Shown here piece by piece: positions 1-10,543 of a DNA stretch of 64,000 nucleotides (its first letter is position 1; the number at the start of each line of letters is the position of its first letter). The notes under the pieces are model-generated. The model worked only from the letters and a program-made list of their open reading frames with translations. It had not been told where the DNA came from and did not search any database. Origin of the DNA: Methanocaldococcus sp. 28A (GTDB taxonomy: Archaea > AGJL01 > Methanococci > Methanococcales > Methanocaldococcaceae); the NCBI GenBank assembly GCA_049852185.1, contig CP187540.1; one strand, written 5' to 3'. The translations under genes and the position numbers were made by a program.

Positions 1-1986
1 AAATTTAGCTTCAATTTTAACCTTCTCTCCCAAAGTTATTGGTGCATCTACTCTAACGTGAGATGAGTTTGTGTAGTATAATGTTTCTGGGTCTTTTAAA
101 TCTCCCCTAACAACACTTATTGTTTCTTCTTTATAATATTTGTAATCCAATCTTGCAAATCTTCCAGCAGTTGATTCAGCCGGAGTTTGAGTTACCGTCC
201 ATCTCATTCCCGTTTCTTCCTTCAATTTATCGGCATATTCTCTAATATATTCAATAACTTTTTCACCAAATTTAACAGCATCTTTTGACTCATGTAATTC
301 TTCTCCCAAATGATATTTAAGCATCTCATTCAATCCAACAAATCCAAAGGTCTTTGTAGTGTTCTCATATCTATAGTATGGCTCTCCATCAAACTCTTGA
401 GTTAAGAACGGCATTAAGTTATCAACATATAATCTTTCCTTTGTTACTTCGTGTTTTATTAATAAAGCTTCTTTTAATAGCTCTAATCTTTCATTCAAAA
501 TTTCAAATAATCTACCATCATCTCCATTAGCTTCATAAGCAATTCTTGGTAAATTTAGAGAGTACCATTGCATATTTCCTGTTCTTAATGTGTCTATCTC
601 AGCATCTCCTGTCCAATTTCCACTCAACCTTGTTCTACAACCCATTGCATTAGTATTTATTTCTTGCCAGTCTGGGAACATATTTATAAAGTAAGGAATT
701 CCAAATTTGGCAGATAATTGATGAATTTTATACATAAGTTCTTTATTCTCATCTTTAAAGGCATTTTCTCTTAATTTAATTATAAAGTTTGGGAATAAGA
801 AAGGTTTTCCCATAGCATCTCCTTCTATCATTACATCAACTAATGCCTCTAAAATTAACTTTGCCTCTTCTTCATAGTCTCCATAAGTACCTCTTGTAGT
901 TCCTGCTATTACAGCTGGTTTATCCTCTAAATATTTAGGAATTTCTAATTCAAGATTTATGGAGCTGAATATAGTTTGCCCTCCTCTGGCCACATACATT
1001 TGATTTAATTCATAAATAAACATTTGCATTAACTGCTTTATCTTTTCATAGCTAAGCCCTCTAACATAAGGAGCAAGCCAAACATTAAATTCATCTATAC
1101 TCTGTCCTCCACTCATGTTTGTTTGAGCAGCCATCATAACTTTGGCTGCATGTTGAATAGCAACCTCTGGATGTTTAGCTGGCTTTGAAACGCTTGTATG
1201 TAATCCTGTTCCATCTACTCTTAAACCATATTTAAAGAAAGGTCTCAAATCATGTTGCAAACAAACAGGTCTTGTAGCGGCATATTCCAAGTCATGTAGG
1301 TGGATATCTCCTTTTATATGAGCATCGGCTATATGTTTTGGGAATATTGCTAATAAAGCATATTGCTTCATTGTTTCGTCAGCAACCCATTTATGAATTG
1401 ATTCTGGATTATACATTAAATTAGCATTTTCTTTACTTCCAGATTTTATTAATTTAGTTATATCATAGACAGGCATTCCTAACCTTGTGTGTCTATGCCT
1501 TAAATCTTCAAATCCATACTCTATTAATTTGTAATTAACTATCTCTCTAATCATTGGTGCAGTTAAATATTTAACTTTTAATTTTTTTAACTCCCTTTCA
1601 ACTTCATCAGCTATCTTTTTGGCAGTCTCTTCATCTGCACCTGTTTCTCTAATCAATGCTTTAACTATTTTTTCTTTATTAAAAGGCTCAAACTCTTTTT
1701 CAGAGGTTCTGACTTTTAATATAATCCCATTTCTATAATTCTCAGCAATGTTTTTGTCTATTTTCTTTAAAACATTATAAACAATATTTTTTATTTCGTC
1801 GGTTGTTATCCCATTATAGATCTTAGTGCAAACATCAGATAGTATATAATCCAAATCACCATAATTTACCCCACTGTTTATAAGGGACTTAACTAATTTA
1901 TTTATATTAAATCTCTCCTTTTTTTTATCTCTTTTTACTACATAAAATTCCATAACCTTTTCCCCAAAATCTTTAACACTTATCAT
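1..1986 (-). CDS. nrdD: Anaerobic (class III) ribonucleoside-triphosphate reductase, 3' end outside window; tandem ATP-cone N-terminus; no inteins in visible part
   Basis: Manual translation (not in ORF track): ATG at 1986 with GGTGA RBS; motifs [54 protein letters not shown]. Confidence 0.93.
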   Translation of the reverse strand, partial: MISVKDFGEKVMEFYVVKRDKKKERFNINKLVKSLINSGVNYGDLDYILSDVCTKIYNGITTDEIKNIVYNVLKKIDKNIAENYRNGIILKVRTSEKEFEPFNKEKIVKALIRETGADEETAKKIADEVERELKKLKVKYLTAPMIREIVNYKLIEYGFEDLRHRHTRLGMPVYDITKLIKSGSKENANLMYNPESIHKWVADETMKQYALLAIFPKHIADAHIKGDIHLHDLEYAATRPVCLQHDLRPFFKYGLRVDGTGLHTSVSKPAKHPEVAIQHAAKVMMAAQTNMSGGQSIDEFNVWLAPYVRGLSYEKIKQLMQMFIYELNQMYVARGGQTIFSSINLELEIPKYLEDKPAVIAGTTRGTYGDYEEEAKLILEALVDVMIEGDAMGKPFLFPNFIIKLRENAFKDENKELMYKIHQLSAKFGIPYFINMFPDWQEINTNAMGCRTRLSGNWTGDAEIDTLRTGNMQWYSLNLPRIAYEANGDDGRLFEILNERLELLKEALLIKHEVTKERLYVDNLMPFLTQEFDGEPYYRYENTTKTFGFVGLNEMLKYHLGEELHESKDAVKFGEKVIEYIREYADKLKEETGMRWTVTQTPAESTAGRFARLDYKYYKEETISVVRGDLKDPETLYYTNSSHVRVDAPITLGEKVKIEAKF

Positions 1987-2224
1987 TTAATCACCCAAAA
2001 AAATAAGATAAAAATAAAATTGATTTATGGATTTTAATTAATTATTCTACCCTTCTTCAAGAATTCGTTAGTAGTTTTTCAGTAATAACATATAAAAAGA
2101 TAACGGAATGATTTCCCTTAAATAGTTTAAATAGGAGGTGATAATTCCTTAAAATAGTATATAAATGGTGGAAATTTCTTTATTAAACTAAACAGCAATT
2201 TATATCAATTTATTAAATTTTTAT

Positions 2225-3523
2225 TTATCTTCTTAACTGCTTTCCAATAATCTCATCCACTCTCTTTAAAAATTCTTTCACTTTATCTTTTGGAACAACC
2301 GCTCCAGAGGCTACGTCATGCCCTCCTCCATTGCCTCCAAATTCTTTTGCTACTGCCATGGCTACACTTAAATTTAATCCTCTATTTACAAGTTCTCTAT
2401 TTCCTCTCGCAGAGAATTTGGCTATATCTCCATCAATATGATAACCAATAACAGGTTTATCATCAACCAATATTGCTGCAATAACTCCAATTAACCCTTT
2501 TTTACCTTCAAAATAATAAATGTTGTCTAATTTTTTTAGTTTAACATTTTTAAGCTCATTAATTAAATTCTTTTTGTATTCCCATAATATTTCATTACCT
2601 ATTTTTATGCATTCATCATCCTCTAAACATATTCCAATACCTACAGCAAATAATCCATTTCTACCAACGGCATTTAACATTTCTGATAATAAAAAAGCAT
2701 CTCTAACCTTATGCTTAATTAAATACCTATCAATCATCAAGTTTTCAATTTTTGGGTATTTAAAAATTATTGCTGATAAAAGCTTTTTTCTATCAGAATC
2801 ATCCAACTCTTTTTTATTTGGGTCTATACCAATGTCTTTTAAAAACTTAAATGCTTTTACTTCAGAAGCTAAATCTGGAATGTAAGGTTTAGTGCAATAT
2901 GCAATTGCCTTATGCATCTCTATATTGTAAATATTATAGACAATATCTCTCATTACCTTCACATACCTATACTCTCTCGCCTCATTCACTATAAACTTGT
3001 TTAATCCTAAAAGGGGAGAGTATTGCATATCTCCAATAATCCCAGCTATTGCCAAGACACTTAAATCATAATAGCCAAATTCTCTTGCCACTAAATAACA
3101 GACTCCACTTGCTGTTATTTCTCTCGCTCCATCTACTCCAAAAATATGTGGATTTAGTTGAATAATATTTTCATTAACAAAGCTCTCCTTTATAATTGGT
3201 GGATGATGGTCTAAGATTATTGCATTAAAGTTGTGTTTTATTATATCCTCTATCTGCCCACTACCCATATCTGCAAATATAAAAAGAGGTTTATTTACTT
3301 CATTTTCCTTAGCTAATTTTTCAATTACATCCTTAGATAAATGTTCAACAACAGTTAAATGAAATAATTTATTTGTTCTTATCAACATCTTAGCCAAAAT
3401 TCCTCCACTACTCAATCCATCTGTATCATGGTGAGTTATCACTCTAATATAACCATAGTGGTTTAATATTTTCTCTTTAATGGCTTTAGTTACTTTTTCT
3501 ATTTCTTTAAGTTTTTCCATCAT
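2225..3523 (-). CDS. RecJ-like DHH/DHHA1 phosphoesterase (ssDNA exonuclease family)
   Basis: HHDTDG, LDHH and GGGHDVASG motifs. Confidence 0.88.
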   Translation of the reverse strand: MMEKLKEIEKVTKAIKEKILNHYGYIRVITHHDTDGLSSGGILAKMLIRTNKLFHLTVVEHLSKDVIEKLAKENEVNKPLFIFADMGSGQIEDIIKHNFNAIILDHHPPIIKESFVNENIIQLNPHIFGVDGAREITASGVCYLVAREFGYYDLSVLAIAGIIGDMQYSPLLGLNKFIVNEAREYRYVKVMRDIVYNIYNIEMHKAIAYCTKPYIPDLASEVKAFKFLKDIGIDPNKKELDDSDRKKLLSAIIFKYPKIENLMIDRYLIKHKVRDAFLLSEMLNAVGRNGLFAVGIGICLEDDECIKIGNEILWEYKKNLINELKNVKLKKLDNIYYFEGKKGLIGVIAAILVDDKPVIGYHIDGDIAKFSARGNRELVNRGLNLSVAMAVAKEFGGNGGGHDVASGAVVPKDKVKEFLKRVDEIIGKQLRR

Positions 3524-3616
3524 GTTTTTTCCCTCTAAAACATTAAATCAATAACCAAATAACATAAAGAATATAAAATTAATATAGTCTATTTAAAATT
3601 ATTGTTGGTGATAATT

Positions 3617-4369
3617 TTGGAAAAACTAAAAAAATTGAAAAATAATCTTAAAGAAAAATTTGAAAATAAAAAAGTTATTATTGCTTATTCTGGCGGAATA
3701 GACAGTTTGCTTTTATCTATACTACTATCAGAAATTACTGAAACTTTATGTATTTTTATAAAAACCCCTTACATTTCACAATGGTCTTTAAATAACGCAA
3801 TTATTAATGCAAAAAAGTATAACCTAAATTTAAAAATTGTTGAAATTGATAAAGTTATTGAAAATATTCCAGAAAGATGTTATTTATGCAAAAAGATGTT
3901 TTTTGAAATATTAACTAAAGTGAAAGAAAAATATAATTACGACGTTGTTGTTGATGGTACTCATTTTGATGATTTGTTTGAAGATAGACCTGGGTTAAAA
4001 GCTAAAGAGGACTTTAATATAGTTTCTCCATTTGCAGATTTTAAGATTTGTAAAAAAGATATTTTAGAAATAGCTAAAGAACTAAATATATACATCCCTC
4101 CAAAAGAAACATGTTTATTAACAAGATTTGAGTTTAATAGAGAAATTTCAATTAATGATTTAAAAAAGATAGAAGAATTAGAAGAATTTTTAAGGAATTA
4201 TGTGAAAGGTGCTATAAGAGTTAGAAACTATAAAGATTTAGCAGTTATTGAAGTTGAAGGCGAATTAGAAAATATACTCAATAAAAAAGAAGAAATTATT
4301 GAAAAATTTAAAGCTTATGGATTTAGAAAAGTATGTATAAATTTAGAAGAATATAATAAAAGTTATTGA
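3617..4369 (+). CDS. LarE-like PP-loop ATP-dependent sulfur transferase
   Basis: AYSGGIDS, RCYLCKK, DRPG, TCLLTRF, IRVR motifs; TTG start after GGTG RBS. Confidence 0.8.
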   Translation: MEKLKKLKNNLKEKFENKKVIIAYSGGIDSLLLSILLSEITETLCIFIKTPYISQWSLNNAIINAKKYNLNLKIVEIDKVIENIPERCYLCKKMFFEILTKVKEKYNYDVVVDGTHFDDLFEDRPGLKAKEDFNIVSPFADFKICKKDILEIAKELNIYIPPKETCLLTRFEFNREISINDLKKIEELEEFLRNYVKGAIRVRNYKDLAVIEVEGELENILNKKEEIIEKFKAYGFRKVCINLEEYNKSY

Positions 4370-5628
4370 TGAATCTTGTATCTCAATATAGCAGCAATTC
4401 CCTTAAACGCATTTAAAATCATAGCCCCTTCTTCTGTTTCTGATGAAACTGTTATAAGCTTAGCTCCACTCTGCTCACATAACTCTGATAGATACTCAAT
4501 ATAATCTTTTTCTTCAACAATACTTAAAGCACCTCCACATTTTGGACATTGTGCATTTTTAAGCTCCTCTTCTAATTTAATAAGCTCAAGTTTTGTAACT
4601 GTTTTCTCTTCTAAGTAATCACAGTTATTGCATGCTATCTTTACCTTATATTTTTCTAATTCTTCAGAAACAATTAAAGTATCAACTGCTCCTATCATTA
4701 AAGCTTCTAAAACCTCTTTCTCACCATAGCATGCCAATCCTCCATCCTCCTTAATTAATTCCTTTAAAAACCTTTGAACAGCTTCTCTCTCTTTCATCAA
4801 CTCAACATCTTTTAATAATGGGGCAGCTTTCTCTAAAAGTTCTCTTATACCAAACTCTTCTGTATAGCACAAATCAAATGTATCTAAGACAATCTTTTTA
4901 AGTTCATGATGTAGATAATCTCCTTCAACAAACTCGTTTTTTGTATGTCCAGGTCCCCCAACTAAAATTCCTCTAAGTTTTTTCTCTTGCAATAATGGAA
5001 GGAATTGCTCATTTGCTTTCTGCCCTACTCTCTGTAAAAACTCATGAGCAGCTAAGTCAATAAGCCTTTCTAATCTTCTTGCTGACTGCCCTCCTGCTTT
5101 AAACTTTCCAGGAACTCCACTTGTTAGTTTTTTTAAGATGTTTATGTTTCTTCCTTTAACTAACGCTATTGTTGCCTCATTTCTATCAACTAATATTATT
5201 CCATATACATCTTTATCCTCTAAAAATTCCTCTAATGGTTCTAAGTAAAATTCTGAATCACATCTGTAAATATAAGTTTTTATTGGTTCTGGTGGCTCTA
5301 TAACATAAGTTTCCATTTTTTCTGTTCCTGGCCCACTTCTTGGGACCATTCCAGCAAATATAACAACTCCTTTCTCTAAAGGTTCTTTTAATAACTTCAA
5401 CCTCTGCAAAATTGCTTCAATTGCTGATTGAACATTTTTTCTTGTACTTTTACTTTTAATGTTTGATGCCTGTGACATCTCCTCTCTCAAATGCTGAGCT
5501 ACATCAGATATTCTTCTACCTGCTGGGATATAAAGACTAATAAGTTCGGTACCTTTACCTTTTTTTGTTTTTAGTTCTTTTAACATTTTTTTAAATAAAT
5601 ATAATTGTTTTGAATCATTTGATGCCAT
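4363..5628 (-). CDS. prf1: Peptide chain release factor aRF1
   Basis: GTELISLYIP, NIKS, YRCDSEF, GGQS motifs; Zn-ribbon insert; GIAAILRY end. Confidence 0.97.
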   Translation of the reverse strand: MASNDSKQLYLFKKMLKELKTKKGKGTELISLYIPAGRRISDVAQHLREEMSQASNIKSKSTRKNVQSAIEAILQRLKLLKEPLEKGVVIFAGMVPRSGPGTEKMETYVIEPPEPIKTYIYRCDSEFYLEPLEEFLEDKDVYGIILVDRNEATIALVKGRNINILKKLTSGVPGKFKAGGQSARRLERLIDLAAHEFLQRVGQKANEQFLPLLQEKKLRGILVGGPGHTKNEFVEGDYLHHELKKIVLDTFDLCYTEEFGIRELLEKAAPLLKDVELMKEREAVQRFLKELIKEDGGLACYGEKEVLEALMIGAVDTLIVSEELEKYKVKIACNNCDYLEEKTVTKLELIKLEEELKNAQCPKCGGALSIVEEKDYIEYLSELCEQSGAKLITVSSETEEGAMILNAFKGIAAILRYKIHQ

Positions 5629-5788
5629 AACTATCACCATAAACCTTTATTTTTAAATTTTGTTTTATAACCAATTTTTAAAATTGTAAAATTAGAATTT
5701 AGTATATTTATTTAATGAGATACAAAAATGTAAAATTGATTTTCCACTTTACACAAAAACTATAAAAAAAGATTTATATATAATTTTG

Positions 5789-6604
5789 CTACTCTGATTT
5801 ATTCTTTTTAATAAAGTTCTTAACAACATCTAATACATTTTCTGAGATAACATATTTTGCATTATCTTTTAAAACATTATTAGCTACTTCTAAAGCCTTA
5901 TACAATTGAGCTTCATCTTTAAAGTATTGTATTGCAGCCTCAGCAACTATTTGTATTGCTTTAGCTTGCCCTTCTGCCTCAATTCTCAAACTCTCAGCAA
6001 TTCCCTCTGCCCTTAAAATTCTACTCTGCTTCTCTCCCTCTGCCTCCAATATAGCGGCTCTTTTTAACCTCTCTGCTTTCATCTGTTGAGCTATAGCATT
6101 TTTAATATCCTCTGGTGGGTCTATTTCTTTAACTTCAACTTTTTCAATTTTAACCCCCCAAGCATCTGTCTCTCTATCTAAAATCTCCAATAGTCTTGAA
6201 TTTATATACTCTCTTTTATTTAAGACTTCATCTAATTCCATACTACCAATTATTGCCCTTAATGTTGTTTGTGCTAAATTTATTATTGCATATTCATAAT
6301 CTTCAACTTCTAATATTGCTCTCTCTACATCTACAACCTTTTAATAAACTACTGCATCCACTTTTACTACTGCATTATCCCTTGTAATCATTTCTTGAGG
6401 TGGAACATCAGTAACTCTTGTCCTCAAATCAACCTTAACAGGCACATCTAAAAATGGAATAATTATATTTATTCCGGGTTTTAGTTTTCCTATGACTCTT
6501 CCTAATCTAAATATTAATCCCCCTTCATACTGATTGACGATAACTATTGCTTTAACAATTATAAACAATGCTATAATTCCCAATATTAACCAAAAGAAAA
6601 ACAT
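5789..6604 (-). pseudogene. SPFH/band-7 (stomatin-like) membrane protein interrupted by an in-frame TAA
   Basis: Minus strand reads GAT GCA GTA GTT TAT TAA AAG GTT GTA GAT; same frame continues ([16 protein letters not shown]) into the 5789..6241 ORF; stop at 6341-6343. Confidence 0.82.
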
Positions 6605-6605
6605 A

Positions 6606-7022
6606 TTATTCACCTTCAAACTTTTTAACTATTAATGAAACTCCCTCTACCCCAACAATTTCAACCTTATCCCCATTTTTTATTCTATCTTTGGACTTTG
6701 CCAACCATATTTGATTTTCTATTTCAACCCTCCCATATCCATTTTCTTCAAAATCTTCAATTGCTACTCCAATCTTTCCTATAAATCGTTCAGCTCCAAC
6801 TTTTATTTCCTTTCCTACGCCATAGACAAATTTATGTAATATTATTAAAGTTAATACTCCTGCAATTATTGCAGAAATAAATGCATATTGTGGGATTATC
6901 AATAAAACTATTCCATATATTAATAGAGCTATTCCTAAAGCAGGAAAATACAGCCCAGTAATTACAGTTTCTAATGCCATTATCAAGAATCCTACCAGTA
7001 TAAATATATAGCCAATATCCAT
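6606..7022 (-). CDS. NfeD family membrane protein (SPFH operon partner)
   Basis: Hydrophobic N-terminus, C-terminal OB-like GRVEIENQIWLA...VEGVSLIVKK; directly upstream of SPFH gene. Confidence 0.87.
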   Translation of the reverse strand: MDIGYIFILVGFLIMALETVITGLYFPALGIALLIYGIVLLIIPQYAFISAIIAGVLTLIILHKFVYGVGKEIKVGAERFIGKIGVAIEDFEENGYGRVEIENQIWLAKSKDRIKNGDKVEIVGVEGVSLIVKKFEGE

Positions 7023-7054
7023 TTACATCACACAATATAGTTGTGTGCAAAAGA

Positions 7055-7395
7055 GAGGTTGTTAAGATAAGAGAAGGAAGTGAAGGATTCAAGCCAACTA
7101 ATAACGGTTGAGAATTTATTATTAGGAAATCAATTATAGAAAGACTTTGTTCTTTTTTTAAGTAAAGAGAAGAAACTTTCAGCACAATTTCTTAAACCGA
7201 ATCGAACTCTTTCGAATTTTAAGCCTAATCTCTGTAGTGCTAAGTAATACAAAATCCCTCCTAAAATTTTAATCTCTATCGATTTCTTATTCCTCTCAAA
7301 AATCTCTTCCATCCTTTCCTTTATTACTTCTATCGTTAGTTTCATATCTTTCTTTATTTACACCTACTTATTTATTTTTTTATCTTGACAACTTC
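7055..7395 (-). mobile_element. Internally deleted non-autonomous IS6-family element (341 bp)
   Basis: Ends GAGGTTGTTAAGATAAG (7055) and TTATCTTGACAACTTC (7395); 71-aa ORF joins the N- and C-termini of the transposase at 42930..43568; no target duplication seen. Confidence 0.88.
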
Positions 7396-7549
7396 CAATC
7401 TACTAATCGATGATTTTAAATATCATAGTCATCCATCTATAAATAAAGATTTAATGTAAATTTTAAAATTAAAAAATAATGTTATAGATTGTAATTGACA
7501 TAGAAAACAAAATTTATATTTATTTAGAATCTAATAAATTAGGGATATT

Positions 7550-8284
7550 ATGAAAGTAATTGTAACAAGACCTAAAGAAAGAGCTAAGGTATTTGCTAAT
7601 TTATTAAAAAAAGAGGGCTTTGAACCACTAATATTTCCAACTTTAAAGCTTGTGTATAACAAAGATGTAAAGGTTGATTTATATATATATAATTATAATT
7701 GGATAATTTTTACCTCACCAAGTGGTGTTCTTGGATTATATAACATAATAGATGAAAATAAAAGGAAAGAAGTAAAAAATAAAAAAATTGCAGTTATTGG
7801 TGAAAAAACAGCAAAGACCTTTAAAAAATATTTTGGTAGAGAGCCAGATATAATACCAAAAGAATACACTGCAGAATCTCTTTTAGAAGAGATAAAAAAG
7901 GTTTCCAAAAGAGATGATAAATTTTTAATCCCTACAACTCCATCAACAAGAGATGTTTTAAAAAATAACTTAAATGCTGATTTGTTGTTTGTGTATAAAT
8001 CTGTTGAGCCAGAAAATTTAAAAGAAGAGATTGATAAATTAAAAGAAAAAATAAAGAATGAAAAATTTATTTTAACATTTACAAGTGGATTAACAGCTAA
8101 AAACTTTTTTAAATATGTAGATGATGAATTTGCCAATATTATAAAAGATAATTATATAGTTGCCATAGGACCAATAACAGCTAAAGTTATTGAAGAATTT
8201 GGATTTAAACCATTAATTCCAAAAATATATACAATTGAAGGAATGTTAGAAGTTATTAAGAAAATAAGCAGAGGTATAAAATAA
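7550..8284 (+). CDS. hemD: Uroporphyrinogen-III synthase
   Basis: VIVTRP, IIFTSPSGV, AVIGEKTA, TFTSG, AIGPITA motifs. Confidence 0.92.
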   Translation: MKVIVTRPKERAKVFANLLKKEGFEPLIFPTLKLVYNKDVKVDLYIYNYNWIIFTSPSGVLGLYNIIDENKRKEVKNKKIAVIGEKTAKTFKKYFGREPDIIPKEYTAESLLEEIKKVSKRDDKFLIPTTPSTRDVLKNNLNADLLFVYKSVEPENLKEEIDKLKEKIKNEKFILTFTSGLTAKNFFKYVDDEFANIIKDNYIVAIGPITAKVIEEFGFKPLIPKIYTIEGMLEVIKKISRGIK

Positions 8285-8309
8285 TAATTAAATTTTTGGA
8301 GGTTATATA

Positions 8310-9386
8310 ATGATTAACTTAAATGACAGAAGTTTAATAAAAAAAGCTATAGAAAAGATAAACAAACTCTCTAAAAAAATAGATAACATAAAGATTATGC
8401 ACGTTTGTGGTAGTCATGAACATACTATTTGCAAGTATGGGATTAGAGATATATTACCAAAAAATATAACCGTTGTTCCAGGTCCTGGCTGTCCAGTTTG
8501 TGTTACTACACAAAAAGAAATTGATACAGCCATATATTTAGCTGATAATGGATATGTTATAACAACTCTTGGAGATATGTATAGAGTGCCAGGAAGTGAA
8601 AAATCATTAATGGAGAAGCAATCTGAAGGTTGTGATGTAAGGATTGTTTATAGTATAAGTGAAGCTGTAAAAATGGCTAAAAAAGAGAAGGATAAGAAGT
8701 TTGTTTTTGTAGCAATAGGTTTTGAAACTACTGCTCCTACAACTGGAGCTGAGTTAATAAGCTTAAAAAATAAAGATATAGATAACTTTTTCATTTTAAA
8801 CTGTCATAGGCAAACCCCCCCAATTATGGATTTTTTATTAAATGAGGAAGTTTATTTAGATGCCTTTATATGTCCAGGACATGTTTCAACAATTACAGGT
8901 TTAAAGCCATACTATGAGCCTTGCAAAAAATACAACACTCCAATGGTTGTTGCTGGCTTTGAGCCAATAGATGTTTTAATGGCAATAATTATGATTTTAA
9001 AACAAATTATCAATGGAGAGGCAAAGGTTGAGAATGAGTATATAAGAGCTGTTAAACCTGAAGGAAATATTTTAGCTCAAAAAATAATAAACGAAGTTTT
9101 TGAAAGTGTAGATATTCCTTGGAGAGGATTTCCAGTTATTAAAAATGGTGGATTTGGGTTAAGAGAAGAATATAAGAAATTTGACATCTATGAACATGAG
9201 GATATTCCAGAAATTAAAGAAAAGATTCCTAAGGGTTGTATATGTGATAAAATTTTGAGAGGGGAAAAACTTCCTACTGATTGCCCATTGTTTGGTAAGG
9301 TTTGCACACCATTAAATCCAGTTGGTAGTTGTATGGTTTCTGACGAAGGAACATGTAGAATATTTTATAAGTATAGAGGTATTTAA
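8310..9386 (+). CDS. hypD: [NiFe]-hydrogenase maturation protein HypD
   Basis: MHVCGSHEH, GPGCPVC, GFETT, CPGHVS, GSCMVSDEGTC. Confidence 0.96.
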   Translation: MINLNDRSLIKKAIEKINKLSKKIDNIKIMHVCGSHEHTICKYGIRDILPKNITVVPGPGCPVCVTTQKEIDTAIYLADNGYVITTLGDMYRVPGSEKSLMEKQSEGCDVRIVYSISEAVKMAKKEKDKKFVFVAIGFETTAPTTGAELISLKNKDIDNFFILNCHRQTPPIMDFLLNEEVYLDAFICPGHVSTITGLKPYYEPCKKYNTPMVVAGFEPIDVLMAIIMILKQIINGEAKVENEYIRAVKPEGNILAQKIINEVFESVDIPWRGFPVIKNGGFGLREEYKKFDIYEHEDIPEIKEKIPKGCICDKILRGEKLPTDCPLFGKVCTPLNPVGSCMVSDEGTCRIFYKYRGI

Positions 9387-9416
9387 AAAATTAAATTAAT
9401 CAATTGAGGTGAATTT

Positions 9417-10475
9417 ATGATATTTCATCCCAGACCTTCACCTATTGCCGCTGCCATGTATCAGCTTAGAGATTTGGGTGTTGATGCTATAATTTTACAT
9501 GGACCGAGTGGATGTTGCTTTAGAACTGCAAGATTATTAGAATTAGATGGAGTTAGGATATTTACAAGCAATATAGATGAAAATGCTATTGTTTTTGGAG
9601 CTTCAGAAAATTTAAGAAAAGCTTTAGACTATGCAATTGAATATTTAAAAAATGTAATAAAAAAAGAAAAACCAATGATTGGCATTGTTGGAACTTGTGC
9701 AAGTATGATTATTGGTGAAGATTTGTGGGAATTTGCAAATGATGAGAGGGCTATAATTATTCCAGTTGAAGTGCATAGTGGTAGTGGAGATAACACAATA
9801 GGAGCAATAAAAGCAATGGAATCTGCCTTAAAATTAGGAATAATTGATGAGAAAGAATTTGAGAGACAGAAATTTTTATTAAAAAAAGCTACAGAGGTTG
9901 AAAAAAAGAGGGGAATGGCAAAGAAAGAGTATATAAAACCAACATATGATGATGACTTAAATGAAGCTATAAAAGTTTTAAAGGATTTGAAAGAGAAGGA
10001 TAGAAAAATAGCTTGTGTATTAAATGCTAAGAAGGAAACTGCCTATTTATTTGCTCATCCTCTAATTGTTTTAAATAAGTATTTTAATTGTGTAAATATT
10101 GCTAACTTGGATGTAAATAAGGGGCTTCCAAAAATAAGAAGGGATGCAAAAAATTTATCAAATAGATTCAAAGCAGATTATATAACTGGAGGTTTAGATG
10201 AGTATCCAATAACTGGAGAAAAAGCTGTTGAAATATTAAAAGATTTGGATGTAGATGCTATTGTAGTTTCTGGAGTTCCTCACGCTCTGCCAGTTGAAGA
10301 GTTAGATAAAGAGGTAATAAAGATAGGAATTAGCGATGGTCCAAGAACCTATCATCCAATAAAAGAAATTTATGATTATGCAATTGTTGAGTTGGATGCT
10401 CATGCAAAGGTTTTAGGGAAAAGGGATATAGTTAAGTCAAGATTTGGTGAGATTTTAGATTACGCATTAGAATAA
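9417..10475 (+). CDS. cfbD: Ni-sirohydrochlorin a,c-diamide reductive cyclase catalytic subunit (F430 biosynthesis, NflD)
   Basis: HPRPSPIAAAMY, HGPSGCCF, GTCASMIIGED, GGLDEYP, ELDAHAK. Confidence 0.92.
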   Translation: MIFHPRPSPIAAAMYQLRDLGVDAIILHGPSGCCFRTARLLELDGVRIFTSNIDENAIVFGASENLRKALDYAIEYLKNVIKKEKPMIGIVGTCASMIIGEDLWEFANDERAIIIPVEVHSGSGDNTIGAIKAMESALKLGIIDEKEFERQKFLLKKATEVEKKRGMAKKEYIKPTYDDDLNEAIKVLKDLKEKDRKIACVLNAKKETAYLFAHPLIVLNKYFNCVNIANLDVNKGLPKIRRDAKNLSNRFKADYITGGLDEYPITGEKAVEILKDLDVDAIVVSGVPHALPVEELDKEVIKIGISDGPRTYHPIKEIYDYAIVELDAHAKVLGKRDIVKSRFGEILDYALE

Positions 10476-10543
10476 AGTTTTAAAAACTTCATGAAAATAT
10501 AACATTAATAAGACATAAACTGTGAGTAATTTGTGGTGAGATT

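Noticed and set aside
6341-6343. Recoding (Sec/Pyl) of the SPFH stop
   Set aside because: The codon is TAA, not TGA or TAG.
6832-7185. 117-aa minus-strand ORF
   Set aside because: Chimera of an alternative frame of the IS relic and nfeD.
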